From Abditibacterium sp. (GTDB taxonomy: Bacteria; Armatimonadota; Abditibacteriia; Abditibacteriales; Abditibacteriaceae): a stretch of DNA of 64,000 bases. Of this stretch, positions 38,963 through 47,938 are shown piece after piece. The stretch lies in assembly GCA_965246885.1 (NCBI GenBank), contig OZ251992.1:2976001-3040000 (forward strand), in the 5' to 3' direction. The number at the start of each line of letters is the position of its first letter. Within the stretch, counting starts at the first letter, position 1. The position numbers were made by a program, and so were the translations under genes. Below the pieces are notes generated by a model that saw only the letters and a list, made by a program, of their open reading frames with translations, had not been told where the DNA came from and did not search any database.

Positions 38963-39046
38963 ATTAGCCACAGATGAACACCGATGGACACGGATAAACC
39001 CCTTCCAAAATCATCTGTGTTCCCCGTGTTCATCTGTGGCTAATTC
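38961..39046. repeat. Element with 21-bp terminal inverted repeats between convergent genes
   Basis: GAATTAGCCACAGATGAACAC..GTGTTCATCTGTGGCTAATTC; CCGTGTTCATCTGTGG recurs at 53515-53530. Confidence 0.8.
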
Positions 39047-39456
39047 CACTCCGATTTATCCGTCAAGAAGCAGATGACGGGCAGGAATACGACGACCGTA
39101 TGCAGCAAGCACTGGCCGATTTGCGCCCCAAGCGTCACGCCCGCAAAGCGCGGGGATTTGGTGTAGCTCAAGCGATAGGGCAAGTGGAACGAGAGCAACA
39201 GTAGCACGGCGGCGAGCGTGAGGAAAACCGCGTGGCGCGTCCGTTTGTCGGGGAAAAGGGCGGCAAGCAAGGCGTAGCCGAGCGCGACCAACAGGGCGCC
39301 GCCAACCGTTCCGCTCGTGATTTGCTGGGGCAAGAGTGGCGGATACGTCGGCGGCACGCCGGCAATGCGCAACAGCACAAAGCCAAGCGGCACACAGACG
39401 CACGTCGAAAGGATGGCGCCGAGGGCGAAACGGGAGAACACTTCAGGGAATGGCAT
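39040..39456 (-). CDS. Small four-TM membrane protein
   Basis: Four hydrophobic segments; divergent from the LuxR gene. Confidence 0.7.
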   Translation of the reverse strand: MPFPEVFSRFALGAILSTCVCVPLGFVLLRIAGVPPTYPPLLPQQITSGTVGGALLVALGYALLAALFPDKRTRHAVFLTLAAVLLLLSFHLPYRLSYTKSPRFAGVTLGAQIGQCLLHTVVVFLPVICFLTDKSEWN

Positions 39457-40133
39457 TTTTAGGAGTAGAAGGAGTAGACGCGTTTCGGACGGGCAGTGAA
39501 ACGCCCCGAACGGGTATTCTTTTGGGCCACCTGCTCGCGTCGTTGCGCGACGCGGTCGGGGCGGACGAAGTGCGGGCGCGGCTGTTCCCCGCCGCGACGC
39601 AGTTCTTCGGCGCCCTGCGCGGCGCGCTGTTTCTTCGCGCCGAGGCGCCCGACGACCCGCGCTTCGCCAACAACCCCTTCGCCCGCGCCCTATCCAAGCG
39701 GCCTGCGCCATTGCACGATGGGCAACTGGCGGACGGGGAAGGGTGGCGGGCGCAGCGGATGCGCGCCGATCACGGGCACGCTTTGGTCGGGCCAATTGTC
39801 GCGCGCGGCGAGTTAATTGGCGTCTTGGGTTTCACGCGCCATGTCGAGGGCGAGCCGTTCGATGCCGACGATGTGGCGAACCTGAGCGCGCTGTGTTTGC
39901 ACGTTTCGACGCTGTTGGCGAGCGCCCCGTTGCCCGCACCGTTCGCGCTCACGCCGCGCGAGCGGGACATCGTGGCTCTGGTGGCGCAAGGACGAACCAA
40001 CGCGCAAATCGGGCGGGCGCTCTGGGTTTCCGGCGAGACTGTCAAGGGCGCGCTCAAGACCTTATTTCGCAAAGCCGGGGTGTCGTCGCGCGCGCAGTTG
40101 GTGGCGGTAATGGCCGGACGCGCCGCGACTTGA
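39450..40133 (+). CDS. GAF + LuxR HTH regulator (start uncertain; TTG at 39522 possible)
   Basis: LTPRERDIVALVAQGRTNAQIG..SGETVK..LFRK.GV.SR. Confidence 0.85.
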   Translation: MAFLGVEGVDAFRTGSETPRTGILLGHLLASLRDAVGADEVRARLFPAATQFFGALRGALFLRAEAPDDPRFANNPFARALSKRPAPLHDGQLADGEGWRAQRMRADHGHALVGPIVARGELIGVLGFTRHVEGEPFDADDVANLSALCLHVSTLLASAPLPAPFALTPRERDIVALVAQGRTNAQIGRALWVSGETVKGALKTLFRKAGVSSRAQLVAVMAGRAAT

Positions 40134-40190
40134 TAAAATGTATGGGCCGAAAAGAAGCACCCGTCGAATGGCGGTGGAGAACCGAATCTA

Positions 40191-40688
40191 ATGAAAGTAA
40201 TTTTGACACAGGATGTCGAGAAGTTGGGTCACGCGATGGACGTTGTGACCGTCGCCGACGGCTTTGCCCGCAACTATTTATTCCCGCGCTCGATGGCGAT
40301 GAGCGCCACCAAAAGCGCCCTCGCCTCGCTCGATAACATGAAGGCCGTCGAGGAGCGCCGCCAAGCCAAGCTCAAAACCGGCGCGCAGGAACTGGCCGGT
40401 AAAATCGGCGCGACCGTTGACTTTCCCGATGCCAACGTCGGCGAAGGCGGCAAATTGTATGGCGCCATCACCGCCGCCAACATCGCCGAGCAGTTGCAAA
40501 AGCAATACGGCGTCGAAGTCGAGCGCAAGTTCGTCCTGCTGCAAGACCCCATCCGCGCCGAAGGCTTTTATGAAGTCCCGCTTCGCTTGCACCGCGACGT
40601 TTCTAAAACTGTGCGCGTCAAAGTCGGCAACCCCGCCGAAGTCGCCGCCACCCCGCCCGCTCCGGTCGAAGAAGCTGTCGCCGTGTAG
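40191..40688 (+). CDS. rplI: 50S ribosomal protein L9
   Basis: MKVILTQDVEKLG..VADGFARNYLFP and GKLYGAIT. Confidence 0.97.
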   Translation: MKVILTQDVEKLGHAMDVVTVADGFARNYLFPRSMAMSATKSALASLDNMKAVEERRQAKLKTGAQELAGKIGATVDFPDANVGEGGKLYGAITAANIAEQLQKQYGVEVERKFVLLQDPIRAEGFYEVPLRLHRDVSKTVRVKVGNPAEVAATPPAPVEEAVAV

Positions 40689-40705
40689 GTCGCGGTTAAA
40701 CTCTT

Positions 40706-40740
40706 GGGCGCCCGCGACTCGAAGAGTCGCGGGCGCTTCT
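40706..40740. terminator. Hairpin between convergent rplI and the CPBP gene
   Basis: 13-bp stem GCGCCCGCGACTC-GAA-GAGTCGCGGGCGC. Confidence 0.7.
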
Positions 40741-40741
40741 A

Positions 40742-41752
40742 TTAACCGCTCCACCACGCCGCGTGTGGCAGCTTGTGGCCCTGCATGGCTGCCGCCGCGA
40801 GGAACGAGGTCGCGTCTATAAAGCCGTGTGCCCACACTGCGGGCCAAATCGAGCGGTGTTGCCACGTAACCGCGCCCAAACCCGCGCCCAAGATGGTCGT
40901 GAACACCACGCCCAGCCAGCCCTGATACGCGTGGCCCAACCCGAACACGACGGACGAAATAGCAATGGCGACCATCCAGCGCGCAGTGGGCTTCAGTTCT
41001 TGCGGCAGCACATGGCGGAGCGCCGCCAGACACGCTGTGCGCCATAACTCCTCGCGCACTCCCGCCACCACGAATGATAAAAGCGTGACCACTAAGAACA
41101 AATACAAGGGATTGTGCAACGCGCCGGGCGGGAACAGCGCGTCGGTTTGCGGCTGGTTTTGCTCGATGAAGTGCGCGAACTGCTTGGGATCGGTGTGCGT
41201 CAGCAGCAAAAACGCCCCCGCCGCGAACATGATGAGGAACAGCAACCCCATACGAAGCGCGAAGGCGTAGCCGAAGCCTTGCAAGACCGGCAATACTCCG
41301 CCGCGCCAACGCAGCAATAGCTCGTCTTTGCTCGCGCGCGAAAACGCCCACGCCAAACCCCAAAACAGGGCGAAGGTGCCAAGCTCCAACGCCGAAATCC
41401 ATAGCAACCCGCCCACCGAAGACGGCAACGCCGCGCCGCTTTTGCCGCCGTGTTGCGGACGCAATCGCCCCAACAGAGACACCCACACCGGATACAGCCC
41501 GACGAGCAACAGCGACACCGCCCAACGCCAGCGCGCCGCGCGCCGAGAGAAATCCTCCGTCTGGGAACCGTTGACAGACGTCCGGGAATCATTCCCAGAC
41601 GTTTGGGAACCGTTGGCGGATGTCTGGGAACCGTTGACGGACGTCTGGGAATCGTTGGCGGGCGACGGCGCTTCTTCAAACGTCGGCGCTGACGGGTCGA
41701 GGGGCGGCGGTGGCGGAACGAAAAACGGAGATGGCTGTTCGGGCGGCGTCAT
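40742..41752 (-). CDS. CPBP (CAAX/Abi) intramembrane protease
   Basis: EELWR, FGLGHAYQG and HGFID motifs. Confidence 0.9.
   Translation of the reverse strand: MTPPEQPSPFFVPPPPPLDPSAPTFEEAPSPANDSQTSVNGSQTSANGSQTSGNDSRTSVNGSQTEDFSRRAARWRWAVSLLLVGLYPVWVSLLGRLRPQHGGKSGAALPSSVGGLLWISALELGTFALFWGLAWAFSRASKDELLLRWRGGVLPVLQGFGYAFALRMGLLFLIMFAAGAFLLLTHTDPKQFAHFIEQNQPQTDALFPPGALHNPLYLFLVVTLLSFVVAGVREELWRTACLAALRHVLPQELKPTARWMVAIAISSVVFGLGHAYQGWLGVVFTTILGAGLGAVTWQHRSIWPAVWAHGFIDATSFLAAAAMQGHKLPHAAWWSG
41557..41661. repeat. Five 21-bp units in frame within the CPBP gene
   Basis: ACGTCTGGGAACCGTTGACGG-like units encoding SVNGSQT-type heptads. Confidence 0.85.
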
Positions 41753-41830
41753 TGAAGGGGTGGACGAACGACGGGAAGGCAAGGACGCGCGCAATCGGCG
41801 GGATGCGGCGTCGGGCAAACTAACCACCCG

Positions 41831-43060
41831 ATGTCATTCACGCACCCGCGCGCCCGGCGGCGCTCCGTCTTTGTTCTTGGTGCCGCCGCGTGCGCGGGTC
41901 TGCTCGTGGGCGGCGCGCTGTGGAGTCGCACTTTAGCCCAAGCGACGGATACATTCACCGAAGTCGCGCCCGGCCTGACGCTCCGCGCCGTTACGCGCCA
42001 AACCCCGCAAGGCCCGCTCCGCTTCTGGCTCGTCAAAGCGGCGCCGTCCGCGTTCAACTTGGGCTTGGCGCTCCCCGACTCGACCGACGCGCAAAAGAAG
42101 CGCACCGTGCGCGCTCTCGCCGCGCAAAGCGGCGCGACCGTCGCGGTTAACGGCGGCTTTTTCGCGTATGGCGGCGCGGCGGTTGGGGCCGTGAAGGTGA
42201 ACAGCTTTTGGCAGCGAACACCTTGGATGCGCCGCACAGCAATAGGATGGAACACAGCGCAAGACGCTCGCATCGGCCCTGTGCAAGGGTGGGTCACGCT
42301 TATGGTTCGGGGAGCCGATAGAAACGCGCAGCTGAAAGACGCGACGTTTAACGGCTTCACAATTCAGGCGAAAGAATACAACACCAATCCCAACGGATTC
42401 GCCGTGTTGACGCCGATGTTCGCGCGCACCTACACGCTCAAATCCGGAGAAATTGCCTTTGGGCAATATGTGAACTATGTGAGCAAGGATGGTATAGACG
42501 CTCCGCCTCCCGTCCTCATGCAAAGCGCTGGAAAGGTGGATTTACAAGCCTACAGGTTTGTCGTCATCGCGCGCGGCCAAGCGGCGAAGCAAATTGACCC
42601 GCAAAAACCACCGCGCTTTTGCTATTGGATTGGAACTACACCCGACGACTGGAACTCCTACGCCAACATCCTCGGCGCCGGCCCGCGCTTGGTGGAGCAT
42701 GGGCTGGCCCTCACCACCGGCGCTCCCGAAACCGCCGAGGAGTTCCGCCCCGATGTCCTCGCGCGCGGCCCGCGAACGTGTGTGGGCTTGGACGCGGAAC
42801 GCAACTGGTTGCTGCTCGTCGCTGATGGTCGCTCCGCGACCTCTGTCGGCCTGACCCTCCCCGAAACCGCCCAACTCTTCAAAGAACTGGGCGCGACCGA
42901 AGCGATGAACCTCGACGGCGGCTCCTCGACGCAACTCGTCGTCAACGGCGCGCTCATCAACACCCCGTCCGGCTTCGACCCCGCCAACCCCACCCGCCCC
43001 CGCGAAGTGCAAGTTTCCAACGCGCTCACGCTCTCGCCCGTGCCCGAAGGAGGACACTAA
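41831..43060 (+). CDS. Phosphodiester glycosidase (NAGPA) family protein
   Basis: AVNGGFF, GAGPRL, PRTCVG, DGR and AMNLDGGSS motifs; signal peptide. Confidence 0.9.
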   Translation: MSFTHPRARRRSVFVLGAAACAGLLVGGALWSRTLAQATDTFTEVAPGLTLRAVTRQTPQGPLRFWLVKAAPSAFNLGLALPDSTDAQKKRTVRALAAQSGATVAVNGGFFAYGGAAVGAVKVNSFWQRTPWMRRTAIGWNTAQDARIGPVQGWVTLMVRGADRNAQLKDATFNGFTIQAKEYNTNPNGFAVLTPMFARTYTLKSGEIAFGQYVNYVSKDGIDAPPPVLMQSAGKVDLQAYRFVVIARGQAAKQIDPQKPPRFCYWIGTTPDDWNSYANILGAGPRLVEHGLALTTGAPETAEEFRPDVLARGPRTCVGLDAERNWLLLVADGRSATSVGLTLPETAQLFKELGATEAMNLDGGSSTQLVVNGALINTPSGFDPANPTRPREVQVSNALTLSPVPEGGH

Positions 43061-43066
43061 GCAACT

Positions 43067-43732
43067 ATGAAACGGGCGAAGGTAATCTTAGTTGTAGTGC
43101 CGCTCTTATTATTAGGCGGCTCGGTCGTTGTGGCGAAAAAGCGCGCGGACAGGCAACGTGTAATTCTCGTCAACACGCAGTTCCGCCGCGCGCTGGACAA
43201 CGGGGACGCTAAGAGCATGATTCACTGGCTGCATCTGGGCGCCAATCCCAATGTGGATGGAAAGTATGGCTTGTCCGCGCTGGATTATGCTGTCGGCGGC
43301 TTTGACGACACAGGGGATTTGGATGAAGAACTGTTGCGCGCCCACGCCGATGTCAACCGCCGCAACGCGCACGGCGAACCTCCATTGACCGCAGCCATCG
43401 TCGTTTGCGGCGGTTGTGGTTGCACTACGAATGACGAAGAAGCAATCTTCCTTCTCGATCACGGCGCCCACGCGAATGTCTCCTACAAGGGCCGAACCCT
43501 TCTTTTGGACAGCGCGGATATGGTGGGCTACGCGCCTCAGAATCTTCGCATCATCCCCGTTCTCCTTCGACACGGCGCTGACGCCAACAAGCGCAACCCG
43601 CGCGGGAAGACTGCTTACGATTTAGTCAACGAGGATTCTTTGCAGGACGCGAAGCAAGAGAAGCAGCGCCAGCACGTTCTCGCGCTTCTCCTTGCCGCCA
43701 TGAAACACCCCAAGACAGCCCGCGTCGGGTAA
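43067..43732 (+). CDS. Ankyrin-repeat protein with N-terminal anchor
   Basis: LGANPN..GLSAL, ADVN..GEPPL and LLRHGADAN..GKTA. Confidence 0.85.
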   Translation: MKRAKVILVVVPLLLLGGSVVVAKKRADRQRVILVNTQFRRALDNGDAKSMIHWLHLGANPNVDGKYGLSALDYAVGGFDDTGDLDEELLRAHADVNRRNAHGEPPLTAAIVVCGGCGCTTNDEEAIFLLDHGAHANVSYKGRTLLLDSADMVGYAPQNLRIIPVLLRHGADANKRNPRGKTAYDLVNEDSLQDAKQEKQRQHVLALLLAAMKHPKTARVG

Positions 43733-43747
43733 ATTAACCCTTCGCAC

Positions 43748-44932
43748 ATGAACCACGAACACCTGTTCCCGCTTTTGGATGCCTTCGCCATCGAAGTGCC
43801 GTCGTGGGGTTTCGCAGATACGGGCACGCGCTTTGGCAAGTTCCACCAGAGCGCCGCCGCCGCAACCATCGAAGAGAAAATCGAGGACGCGAGCGAAGTC
43901 CACCGCCTGACCGGGGCCGCGCCGACGATGGCGGTTCACGTCGAGTGGGATTTCAAACCCGGCCAAGACCCGCAAGAGGTCGCGCGCATGGCGACCGAAG
44001 CGGGCATCCGCATCGGCAGCATCAACCCCAACCTGTTCCAAGACCAAGATTATAAATACGGCTCCGCGTGTTCGCCGGTCGAGGCGGCGCGCGCCAAAGC
44101 GAACGAGCATCTGGCGCGTTGCCTCGCAATCGGGGCAGCGACGGGGTCGGAGTTCCTGAGTTTGTGGTTCGCCGACGGCACCAACTACCCCGGACAAGAC
44201 GACATCATCGCGCGCAAGCGGCGCATGGAAAGCGCCTTGAAGCAGTGGCACGACGCCATGCCGGACGGCATGACGATGCTCGTCGAATACAAGCCGTTTG
44301 AACCCGCCTTCTACCATACCGACATCGCCGACTGGGGCATGGCCGCGCATTTCGCCCGCAAAGCGGGAAGCAACGCGAAGGTCTTGGTGGACACCGGACA
44401 CCATCTTCCCGGCGCCAACATCGAACACATCGTCGCGTTTCTGCTCGATGAGGGGATGCTGGGCGGCTTCCATTTCAACGACCGCAAATACGCCGACGAC
44501 GACCTCACGCTCGGCTCCATTGACCCCTACGCCGTCTTCCGCATCTTCCACGAAATCCGCCAAGCCGCCGCGCGCGGCACGGACGTTTCGGGCGTCGCCT
44601 ACATGATAGACCAAAGCCACAACCTCAAGCCCAAGGTCGAAGCCATGCTGCAAACCGTCGTCTCTGCGCAGGAGCTTTACCTCAAAGCGTGCCTCGTTGA
44701 CCGCGACAAACTCGCGCACTTCCAAGCCCGCACCGACATCGTGGGCGCCGAAGAAACCCTGCGCGCCGCCTTCTATGCCGACACCACGCCGGTTCTATCC
44801 GCGTGGCGCGAGTCGAAAGGCTTGCCCGCCGACCCGCTCGCCGCGTATCGGTCGAGCGACTACGCCACCCGCCGCGCGAGTGAGCGCACCGCGCGCCGCC
44901 CCGACGCGGGCAAGGGCACGAGCTACGCCTGA
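43748..44932 (+). CDS. rhaI: L-rhamnose isomerase (RhaI-type)
   Basis: IEVPSWGF..GTRF, DGTNYPGQ, EYKPFEP and FHFN..YADDDL motifs. Confidence 0.9.
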   Translation: MNHEHLFPLLDAFAIEVPSWGFADTGTRFGKFHQSAAAATIEEKIEDASEVHRLTGAAPTMAVHVEWDFKPGQDPQEVARMATEAGIRIGSINPNLFQDQDYKYGSACSPVEAARAKANEHLARCLAIGAATGSEFLSLWFADGTNYPGQDDIIARKRRMESALKQWHDAMPDGMTMLVEYKPFEPAFYHTDIADWGMAAHFARKAGSNAKVLVDTGHHLPGANIEHIVAFLLDEGMLGGFHFNDRKYADDDLTLGSIDPYAVFRIFHEIRQAAARGTDVSGVAYMIDQSHNLKPKVEAMLQTVVSAQELYLKACLVDRDKLAHFQARTDIVGAEETLRAAFYADTTPVLSAWRESKGLPADPLAAYRSSDYATRRASERTARRPDAGKGTSYA

Positions 44933-44953
44933 CCCAATCACACTCCCAACGCC

Positions 44954-47134
44954 ATGCAATTCCAACACGTTTCCTACCTCTGGGACGACGCGCACGCCGA
45001 CTCGCTCGACGCTGTGGGCCGCCTCATTTATCGCTCGAACATCCTCGGCGCCGACGGGCGTATCACCAATACCGGCGGCGGCAACACGAGCGCCAAGCTG
45101 CCCGAAACCGACCCGTTGACGGGCGAGAAGACGACCGTCATGTGGGTCAAAGGGAGCGGCGGCGACCTACGCACCGCCACGCGCGAGAACTTTTCCAGCC
45201 TCTACCAAGACAAAGTGATGGCGCTCCAAACGCTCTACGCCGGGAAGGATGGGCGCGGGGCGAAGACCGTCGCGGAAGATGAGATGGTCGGGCTTTACAG
45301 CCACACGACCTTCAACCTCAACCCGCGCGCCAGCAGCATTGACACCCCGCTCCATGCTTTCGTGCCGCACGCACACGTTGACCACACGCACCCCAACGCG
45401 GTCATTGCCCTCGCCGCGAGCAAAGACGGCGAGGCGCTCACGCGCGCGATTTACGGCGACGACGTGATTTGGACGCCTTGGCAACGCCCCGGCTTTGAGC
45501 TTGGTTTGATTTTGCAGGACATCGTGCGCGCGCACCCCAACGCGAAGGGCGTCATTTTGGGCGGGCACGGCCTCATCAACTGGGACGAGAACGACAAGGC
45601 ATGCTACGAACTCTCGCTTGAACTCATTGAAAAGGCCGCGCAGTTCATCGAAGCCCGCGACAAGGGCGCGGCGACTTTCGGCGGGCAAAAGTTCGAGACC
45701 TTGGACTCAGACAAACAGCGCGAAACGCTGTGCGCCCTTTTGCCTTGGCTGCGCGGGCAAGTGTCGGGACACAAGCGGCTCATCGGAACCGTCCAGTCGG
45801 ACGAGCGGACGTTGCGCTTCGTCAACTCGCACGACGCCGCGCGTTTGGCGGAGCTTGGCACATCCTGCCCCGACCACTTCCTGCGCACCAAAATCAAGCC
45901 ACTTTATGCCGAGTGGAACCCGCAAACCGAGGAGTTGGACGCGCTAAAAACCAAAATTAGCGCCGGACTCGCCGCCTATCGCGCGGACTACGCCGCCTAT
46001 TACGCGGCCTGCAAGCGCGACGATTCCCCGGCCATGCGCGACCCAAACCCGACCGTGATTCTCATCCCCGGCCTAGGCATGATCGCGTGGGGCAAGGACA
46101 AATCGGAATCGCGCGTCACGGCGGAGTTTTACGGCTGCGCCATCGAAGTTATGCGCGGCGCCGAAGCGATTTCGACCTACACCGCCTTGCCGCAACAGGA
46201 AGCCTTCGACATCGAGTATTGGCTCTTAGAAGAAGCGAAATTGAAGCGGATGCCGCCCGAAAAGTCGCTCGCGCGCCAAGTCGTCATGGTCATTGGCGCT
46301 GGAAGCGGCATCGGGCGCGAAGTCGCGCTGCGAATCGCTCCCGAAGGCGCGCATATCGTCTCCGTTGACCTCAACGCCGAAGCCGCCCAAAAGACCGCCG
46401 ACGAACTGAGCGCCAAGCTGGGCCAAGGCATCGGCGTCGCGGGAACGGGCATTAGCGGAAGCGGCCCCGCCATTGGCCTAAGCGCCAACATCACCGACCG
46501 CGCTTCCATCCAACACGCCTTGGACGACGCCGTTCTCGCGTATGGCGGACTCGATGCCATTGCGGTAACGGCGGGCATTTTCGTCGCGCCCGACACGTCC
46601 GGCCACATCCCCGACGACAAGTGGGCCTTGACGTTTGCCATCAACGTCACCGGTAGCTACCTCGTCGCCGACGAAGCCTTCAACCGCGTCCTCAAGCCGC
46701 AAGGTCTCAAAAGCCGCATCGTGCTAACCACCTCGGCCAACGCGGTCGTGTCGAAAAAAGGCTCGCTCGCGTACGATACGAGCAAAGCCGCCGCGAACCA
46801 TCTCGTGCGCGAACTCGCCGTCGAACTCAGCCCGCTCGTGCGCGTCAACGCCGTCGCGCCCGCAACGGTCGTCAAAGGCAGCACCATGTTCCCCCGCGAC
46901 CGCGTCGTTTCCAGCCTCGCCAAATACGACATCGCCTACACCGAGTCGGAATCCGACGACGACCTGCGCGACAAGTTAGCCCGCTTCTACGCCGAGCGCA
47001 CCCTCACCAAAGCCCCCATCGAACCCAGCGACCAAGCCGAAGCGTTCTACATCCTCCTCACCGAGCAACTCAGCAAAACCACCGGCCAAATCATCAGCGT
47101 AGACGGCGGTCTGCACGAGGCATTCTTGCGGTAG
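44954..47134 (+). CDS. Bifunctional rhamnulose-1-phosphate aldolase / short-chain dehydrogenase
   Basis: GGGNTS.K, VKGSGGDL, SIDTPLH, CPDHFLRTK and an SDR domain (GAGSGIG, YDTSK). Confidence 0.95.
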   Translation: MQFQHVSYLWDDAHADSLDAVGRLIYRSNILGADGRITNTGGGNTSAKLPETDPLTGEKTTVMWVKGSGGDLRTATRENFSSLYQDKVMALQTLYAGKDGRGAKTVAEDEMVGLYSHTTFNLNPRASSIDTPLHAFVPHAHVDHTHPNAVIALAASKDGEALTRAIYGDDVIWTPWQRPGFELGLILQDIVRAHPNAKGVILGGHGLINWDENDKACYELSLELIEKAAQFIEARDKGAATFGGQKFETLDSDKQRETLCALLPWLRGQVSGHKRLIGTVQSDERTLRFVNSHDAARLAELGTSCPDHFLRTKIKPLYAEWNPQTEELDALKTKISAGLAAYRADYAAYYAACKRDDSPAMRDPNPTVILIPGLGMIAWGKDKSESRVTAEFYGCAIEVMRGAEAISTYTALPQQEAFDIEYWLLEEAKLKRMPPEKSLARQVVMVIGAGSGIGREVALRIAPEGAHIVSVDLNAEAAQKTADELSAKLGQGIGVAGTGISGSGPAIGLSANITDRASIQHALDDAVLAYGGLDAIAVTAGIFVAPDTSGHIPDDKWALTFAINVTGSYLVADEAFNRVLKPQGLKSRIVLTTSANAVVSKKGSLAYDTSKAAANHLVRELAVELSPLVRVNAVAPATVVKGSTMFPRDRVVSSLAKYDIAYTESESDDDLRDKLARFYAERTLTKAPIEPSDQAEAFYILLTEQLSKTTGQIISVDGGLHEAFLR

Positions 47135-47141
47135 AACGGTT

Positions 47142-47183
47142 AACAAAAAAGCCCCCGCCGTATTCGGCGGGGGCTTTTTGTTT
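47142..47183. terminator. Bidirectional intrinsic terminator
   Basis: A6-GCCCCCGCCG-TATT-CGGCGGGGGC-T5. Confidence 0.9.
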
Positions 47184-47320
47184 GAGGTCGTGGCGGTCAG
47201 ATGACGATCTCACAAAAAAGAAAGGGAGCCGACCCCCTGGGCCGACCCCCTCGTAACTCCCCTTAAGACTATCAATAAATGCGCCAAGTTGCAAACGGTC
47301 TGGAAAGCGTTCGCACAAAT

Positions 47321-47938
47321 TTAAACTCTGAACAGCCGTTCAATCCAGGCGATGAAGGCGACGGCTTCGGGCGCCTCGGCCCGAAGATAGCGGAACTTGA
47401 TGGCGCTTCCCATCGGTGTTCCCGGCTCTTCCTGCAAGGCCAGCCAAGTGTGGATGTTGGCTTTCGAGACGTGACTGCCGAAAGGTTTGTCCGGCGCGTC
47501 GCTTACGCACTTTTGCGCGTAAGGCCACAACGTGTCGCCCGGAGGCACCAGACACGCGATAAAATCTTCGAGCATTCCTTCCAGTTGATTGTCTGGCATC
47601 AGCCAAATCCCGACTTTTGGTAGCCCCGCCGTTTCGATGATGGTGCCGCCCTTGTGTGGAGACAGGGGCACATCCTGATGCCCCAACTCCCTCAAGCTGT
47701 CTCGAATCGAGTGCCATCGCGCATCGAGATCCGTGTCGGCGTCCAAAACCACGCCCGCGCACTCTAAATCGCTTTCCCGCAGTTCCGTTTTGAGTTCTTT
47801 GAGCAACGTAGAAACGCCGTCTTTGCCCTTCACATCAAACGTCTCCGGCACCGCGTGATGCTCGAACAGATTCCAGAAAACGTGGCAGTCGTTGATGCCC
47901 TCGACCAGGAGTTTGCGATTGAATTTCTTTCTGGCCAT
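47321..47938 (-). CDS. DUF3226 TOPRIM-like protein
   Basis: LLVEGIND, VVLDAD, GIWLMPDN..GMLEDF and KANIHTWLA..EPG. Confidence 0.85.
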   Translation of the reverse strand: MARKKFNRKLLVEGINDCHVFWNLFEHHAVPETFDVKGKDGVSTLLKELKTELRESDLECAGVVLDADTDLDARWHSIRDSLRELGHQDVPLSPHKGGTIIETAGLPKVGIWLMPDNQLEGMLEDFIACLVPPGDTLWPYAQKCVSDAPDKPFGSHVSKANIHTWLALQEEPGTPMGSAIKFRYLRAEAPEAVAFIAWIERLFRV

